64,000 nt of DNA from Bacteroidia bacterium (lineage in GTDB: Bacteria; Bacteroidota; Bacteroidia; AKYH767-A; 2013-40CM-41-45), in NCBI GenBank assembly GCA_038230515.1, contig JBBRND010000024.1, forward strand, positions 845 through 64,844, written 5' to 3'. The notes below the pieces were generated by a model. That model saw only the letters and a list, made by a program, of their open reading frames with translations. It did not search any database and was not told where the DNA came from. Both the position numbers and the translations under genes were made by a program. Within the stretch, counting starts at the first letter, position 1, and every line of letters begins with the position of its first letter. Positions 59,695 to 64,000 of the stretch are shown in pieces.

Positions 59695-61338
59695 CTACTC
59701 TTTCACAAATTTCCTGAAAAAGATTTTTTCTCCGGAGGTTATTTTCAGGAAATAAATTCCACTCAGAAGGTTCGAGGCGGACAGTTCACAGTTGACAGAA
59801 GAAAATTCTTTCGCGAAAATTTCCCTTCCCATTGTGTCGAACAATTTCAGTTGACAGCGATTTCCTTGGAATTGTGAATCGTGAATAATGAGCTTATCTT
59901 TTACAGGATTTGGAAATACTTCAAACTCTCCTCCTTCAATTTCATTGACATTGCTGAACACCGAGTCGTTTACATAAACAGGAACCGAAACAGAAGAGTG
60001 CGAAGGGTCATCAGTGTTGAAATTTAGAAAGGCATGAATGGAATCATTGTTCTGCGCGAGTAACTTTAGGTCAAGTGTAAGCGCTTCGCCTGCTGCAAGG
60101 GTACTATTTGCTCCTCCTGATTGAAAACTTAACTCGGGTTGCGACAAGGTGAAATTGGAAAACTGCACATCTGTATTTCCATTGTTCACGATTACAAAAT
60201 GAAAAACGGCTGGAGTGCCTTGCTGAACGAAACCATAAATTATTGTATCCTGTGTTAAATCAATTGACTTAATAGTGGGAGCAACAGAAGTTGAAGAAAT
60301 CGAGTTGATACGTTCAATAAACTGCGGGTAATCCACAAACGGATTTCTATTATGCTGAACAAGACCAATATCATTATTCCTTTTTTGTTCAATCGTATCA
60401 GGAGGAAAATCGTGATGCCATGTGCGAAGAATACTTTCCTGCGGAGTAAAGAAGTTGCTGTAGTTCTGATAGCGTAAAACAAAATACATTAATGCACGTG
60501 CAGCTTTTCCTTTCTGTTCATCACGAGGTTCGAACAAAGTAGTAGTTGCTTTAGAGCCACCAACTGACCATGTGGGAGAAGTAACTATTCCAAAAGGATT
60601 ATCAGCGCGGTAATTGTTCGCTGCATCATCTGTAGGAAAGAGATGATGCAGATCAGATTTCATCGGCTCAGCAGACGCAAAAAAAGATTGCGGGAAAGTA
60701 TGTTCCGTATTAAAAGAAAAATTTGTCTGGCAATCTGTTCGGTCAATGTAGCCAACTGCTTCTCTTCCCGTGTAAATACACTCTATTGTATTTACAGTAT
60801 CTCCTTGTCCGTTTACTTTTTTATTGTCAATGGACATAAACATGCTGTCGCGCCCGGGGTTGTACGTGAGAGAAACATAACCAGTGCCGGTGATGTTATG
60901 CAAAACTGTTTTCAGATTTTCTTCAGAAAGATTTTCAGTAGAGTCATAATACGAATTTGAATACACTCCCTGTCCGTTCAAATCTACATTCGTGTATCCA
61001 CGTAAGCCATCATTCATAATCACCATTTCCGAATTGTGAAAAATATTATGACGAGGAGAAAATTTAACCCAGATGTTGTAAGAGGAAGAAGAAGTAATTA
61101 TAAAGTTTTGTTCACTTGCAGAGAATGCAGGAACTCCATATGTATCATAAAATCTAATTTCATTTACGCTTACATCCCTGTTCAGAGAATTTGAAATAGT
61201 AAGTTGTAAACTGTCGGGTGCGTTTTCAAAAGCAGTTCCAAAGTTCAGTTGAGGAGAGCTAACTGTAAGTGCCTGCGAAAAGATTTGAGCAACATGAAAA
61301 ACTAATATTGCAGATAAAAAGATGAATTTGTTTTTCAA
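59695..61338 (-). CDS. Extracellular endonuclease I-family nuclease with T9SS C-terminal sorting domain
   Basis: Signal peptide. 'NFSFNTEHTFPQS...HHLFPTDDAANNYRADNPFG...NPFVDYPQFIERI' Endonuclease_1-like motifs. C-terminal 'FEVFPNPVKDKLII...GIYFLKI'. Confidence 0.7.
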   Translation of the reverse strand: MKNKFIFLSAILVFHVAQIFSQALTVSSPQLNFGTAFENAPDSLQLTISNSLNRDVSVNEIRFYDTYGVPAFSASEQNFIITSSSSYNIWVKFSPRHNIFHNSEMVIMNDGLRGYTNVDLNGQGVYSNSYYDSTENLSEENLKTVLHNITGTGYVSLTYNPGRDSMFMSIDNKKVNGQGDTVNTIECIYTGREAVGYIDRTDCQTNFSFNTEHTFPQSFFASAEPMKSDLHHLFPTDDAANNYRADNPFGIVTSPTWSVGGSKATTTLFEPRDEQKGKAARALMYFVLRYQNYSNFFTPQESILRTWHHDFPPDTIEQKRNNDIGLVQHNRNPFVDYPQFIERINSISSTSVAPTIKSIDLTQDTIIYGFVQQGTPAVFHFVIVNNGNTDVQFSNFTLSQPELSFQSGGANSTLAAGEALTLDLKLLAQNNDSIHAFLNFNTDDPSHSSVSVPVYVNDSVFSNVNEIEGGEFEVFPNPVKDKLIIHDSQFQGNRCQLKLFDTMGREIFAKEFSSVNCELSASNLLSGIYFLKITSGEKIFFRKFVKE

Positions 61339-61355
61339 TTAGTACTTATTAAATA

Positions 61356-63467
61356 TTACTTCACGTTGCTTCCGTTGTTTGTTTTTTCCGATGGCATTAC
61401 GAACTTCAATTTGCCTTCTGAATCTTCAGCCATTAAAATCATTCCTCTCGATTCAATACCTTTTATTTTTCGCGGAGCGAGGTTGGCAATTATGGTTACC
61501 TGCTGACCAATAATTTTTTCCGGCTCGTAGCAATGCGCAATGCCGCTTACAATGGTGCGTTGCTCATAGCCAAGATCAATTTTCAGTTTCAGAAGTTTGT
61601 CTGTCTTTGGTACGCGCTCTGCTTCCAGAATGGTGGCAATGCGTAAATCCATTTGGGCAAATCCTTCATAACTGACTTCTGCTTTTGCAATTTCTGATTT
61701 GGGATTAGTGATTGCGGATTGAACAGCCGATCCGTCTGTAGATTGCTGATTCATCTTTGTAGATTGCAATTTCTGAATTTGTTTTTCAATCACATCATCT
61801 TCAATTTTATCAAACAATAATTCTGCTGTGCCGAGTTGATGTCCGGGTTTCAGAATTTGTCCGGTTGCCTTTTTCCAATCTACTTTTTCAAGATTCAGCA
61901 TCTTGTAAAGTTTTGAAGAAGTGTTTGGAAGAAACGGCTCCATCAGCAGAGCAAGATAAGTTGTTACTTCAAGAGCGATGTAAAGAATGGTTGCAGTTTG
62001 CGCTTCATCGGTCTTGATTGTTTTCCATGGTTCTGTATCTGCAAGATATTTATTTCCTGCACGGGCTAGATCCATTAATGCAGTTTGCGCTTCGCGGAAT
62101 TTATACTTTTCAATATTTTCCGAGATCAGCTTTTTTGCATGCTGCATGGAAGCGATACAAACTTTGTCACGGTCATTCGGCTTTCCGTGTTGCGGAACTT
62201 TTCCTTCAAAATAATTTTGAGTGAGAACCAACGTTCTGTTTACAAAGTTCCCGAGTATCGCAACCAACTCACTGTTGTTCCGCGCCTGGAAATCTTTCCA
62301 TGTAAAATCATTATCTTTATTTTCCGGAAACGTAGAACACAAAACATAACGAAGCACATCCTGCTTGTCAGGAAATTCTTCGAGGTATTCATTCAGCCAC
62401 ACCGCCCAGTTGCGCGAAGTGGAAATTTTTTCTCCTTCTAAATTCAGAAATTCATTTGCCGGAACATTTTCAGGAAGAATAAATTCGCCATGTGCTTTCA
62501 GCATTGCCGGAAAAATGATGCAATGAAAAACAATGTTGTCTTTGCCAATGAAGTGAATAAGCTTTGAATCTTTATCGCACCAGTAATCTTTCCACGACCC
62601 GGATTTCGGCTCTTGACTGCCAACTTGTTCAAAGTATGCTTTCGTAGATGAGATGTAACCAATCGGTGCATCGAACCATACGTACAAAACTTTTCCTTCC
62701 GTGTTTGGCAACGGAACTTTCACGCCCCAATCCAAATCTCTTGTAACAGCGCGCGGCTGCAAACCCTGATCGAGCCACGACTTGCACTGACCGAATACGT
62801 TTGATTTCCATTCATCTTTCCTGGAGAGAATCCATTGCTCCAGCCATTCCTTCTGCATCTTATCAAGAGGAAGATACCAGTGCTTTGTTCTTTTCATCAC
62901 CGGTGGTTTGCCGCTGAGTTGAGAATGTGGATTGATCAGTTCGCGAGGAGATAAACTCTTTCCGCATTTCTCGCACTGATCTCCGTAGGCATTCGGGTTT
63001 GCACAATTCGGGCATGTGCCGGTGATGTAACGATCGGCAAGAAACATGTTTGCTTCTTCATCGAAATACTGTTCGCTCTCTTCTTCAACAAAAACCTTTT
63101 TATCGTAAAGTGTTTTGAAAAAATCAGAAGCAGTTTTATGATGAAGCGGGTCGCTGGTGCGGTGATAGAAATCAAAAGAGATGCCGAACTTTTCAAAACT
63201 TTTCTTCACAATCGTATGATACTTGTTTACCAACTGCTGCGGAGTAATTCCTTCTTTGCGTGCGCGCAATGTAATCGGAACACCATGTTCATCAGAGCCG
63301 CAAATGAAAAGTATGTCTTCACCTTTTGCTCTCATGTAGCGCACGAAAATATCGGCAGGCAGATACGCACCTGCAAGATGTCCGATGTGTACAGGACCAT
63401 TTACGTAAGGCAAAGCGGAAGTAACAAGGTATCGCATATCTCTTAAAAGGGACGCAAAAATAGACAA
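61356..63467 (-). CDS. metG: Methionyl-tRNA synthetase
   Basis: '[20 protein letters not shown]' HIGH motif, Zn knuckle 'CPNC...CEKCG', 'KMSKS'-like region and C-terminal EMAP-like tRNA-binding domain. Confidence 0.9.
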   Translation of the reverse strand: MSIFASLLRDMRYLVTSALPYVNGPVHIGHLAGAYLPADIFVRYMRAKGEDILFICGSDEHGVPITLRARKEGITPQQLVNKYHTIVKKSFEKFGISFDFYHRTSDPLHHKTASDFFKTLYDKKVFVEEESEQYFDEEANMFLADRYITGTCPNCANPNAYGDQCEKCGKSLSPRELINPHSQLSGKPPVMKRTKHWYLPLDKMQKEWLEQWILSRKDEWKSNVFGQCKSWLDQGLQPRAVTRDLDWGVKVPLPNTEGKVLYVWFDAPIGYISSTKAYFEQVGSQEPKSGSWKDYWCDKDSKLIHFIGKDNIVFHCIIFPAMLKAHGEFILPENVPANEFLNLEGEKISTSRNWAVWLNEYLEEFPDKQDVLRYVLCSTFPENKDNDFTWKDFQARNNSELVAILGNFVNRTLVLTQNYFEGKVPQHGKPNDRDKVCIASMQHAKKLISENIEKYKFREAQTALMDLARAGNKYLADTEPWKTIKTDEAQTATILYIALEVTTYLALLMEPFLPNTSSKLYKMLNLEKVDWKKATGQILKPGHQLGTAELLFDKIEDDVIEKQIQKLQSTKMNQQSTDGSAVQSAITNPKSEIAKAEVSYEGFAQMDLRIATILEAERVPKTDKLLKLKIDLGYEQRTIVSGIAHCYEPEKIIGQQVTIIANLAPRKIKGIESRGMILMAEDSEGKLKFVMPSEKTNNGSNVK

Positions 63468-63494
63468 ATAAAGTTGGGGCGGGAAGCGAAAGTG

Positions 63495-64000
63495 TTACCT
63501 GATGATGGTGAATTTCAGAGAGGAAAAATGTTCTCTCTCATCATTAATCCTCAGGAAGTAAATTCCTTCCGGAAGTTTAGAAACGTTTAAAGGTAATTCA
63601 TTAATACTGTTTGTTTGAAGTGACAAAATTTTTTCTCCAATCACATTATTAATTTCAATTGAGGCTCTTGAATTTGATAAACCGGAAATCATTAAAATTT
63701 CTTTGGTTGGGTTCGGATAAATTCTGAATCGACTTGTAGAAAATTCTTCGGTTCCAGAATATGGGAAGACAATATTATTGGCAAGGAAAAATGAATCCGT
63801 GTCACATTGATTATACACGATGTGATACACCGGAAAATAGTGACTGTATGTATACTGATGCACAGGATTAGGATCAGAAGAAGTGGTTGAATCGCCAAAG
63901 TTCCAGATGTGAGTAAAAGTAGAATTGCTAAACTGACTGAAGTAAACCGGTCCTGCTCCTCCAATTTGATGCCATCTAAATTCAGCCCATGGTTCGTTAA
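63495..64000 (-). CDS. T9SS C-terminal-domain protein, 5' end beyond the window (possible frame discontinuity near 63860)
   Basis: C-terminal 'RIYPNPTKEILMI...GIYFLRI' sorting domain. Two overlapping minus-strand ORFs (63495..63863 and 63692..63964) suggest one longer gene. Confidence 0.45.
   Translation of the reverse strand, partial: NEPWAEFRWHQIGGAGPVYFSQFSNSTFTHIWNFGDSTTSSDPNPVHQYTYSHYFPVYHIVYNQCDTDSFFLANNIVFPYSGTEEFSTSRFRIYPNPTKEILMISGLSNSRASIEINNVIGEKILSLQTNSINELPLNVSKLPEGIYFLRINDEREHFSSLKFTIIR

Noticed and set aside
59593-59877. 94-aa plus-strand ORF
   Set aside because: Overlaps tRNA-Arg and the 3' end of the endonuclease gene on the other strand.
1-64000. CRISPR arrays, rRNA genes, IS elements with terminal inverted repeats
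   Set aside because: No regularly spaced direct repeats with unique spacers, no rRNA-like conserved stretches, and no transposase ORFs were seen. The only recombinases are the two tyrosine recombinases reported.

Overview
AT-rich Bacteroidota-type chromosome segment; several proteins carry type IX secretion (T9SS/Por) C-terminal sorting domains. Three blocks. (1) 1-7.5 kb: two large T9SS-secreted surface proteins and a membrane/OmpA-like gene pair. (2) About 7.8-33.4 kb: a mosaic accessory region packed with defence, anti-defence and mobile-element genes. These are: a DUF2188/AbiGi-like operon; an XerC/D-like tyrosine recombinase next to nested palindromes; a 1015-aa PHP-domain + SMC/ABC-like ATPase (Ppl-like) next to a HEPN/MNT pair; a Rep-like/Dam methylase/ArdC/SymE-like module with a decayed tandem copy; an XRE-ImmA regulator; a multiubiquitin-E2-JAB::E1 (Bil-like) ubiquitin-conjugation operon; and a TIR / 466-aa unknown / AlbA_2(Schlafen-like) three-gene cassette bracketed by direct repeats of a paralogous gene 3' end and its hairpin terminator. 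(3) 33.6-64 kb: mostly housekeeping (amino-acid ABC transporter, mutS, trmH-like, ompA-like, dNK, folK, sppA, rsmD, coaD, NUDIX, pyrE, metG), interrupted by a small integrase-tRNA-Leu islet carrying an NYN-domain gene, two tandem caspase-family genes (one with a 24-bp tandem-repeat N-terminal extension), a T4-lysozyme-like gene and a T9SS endonuclease I. Three tRNAs (Leu-TAA, Gly-GCC, Arg-CCT); no rRNA, no CRISPR array. All calls are from reading the ORF translations and DNA by eye; family names come from recognised motifs and need HMM/BLAST confirmation.
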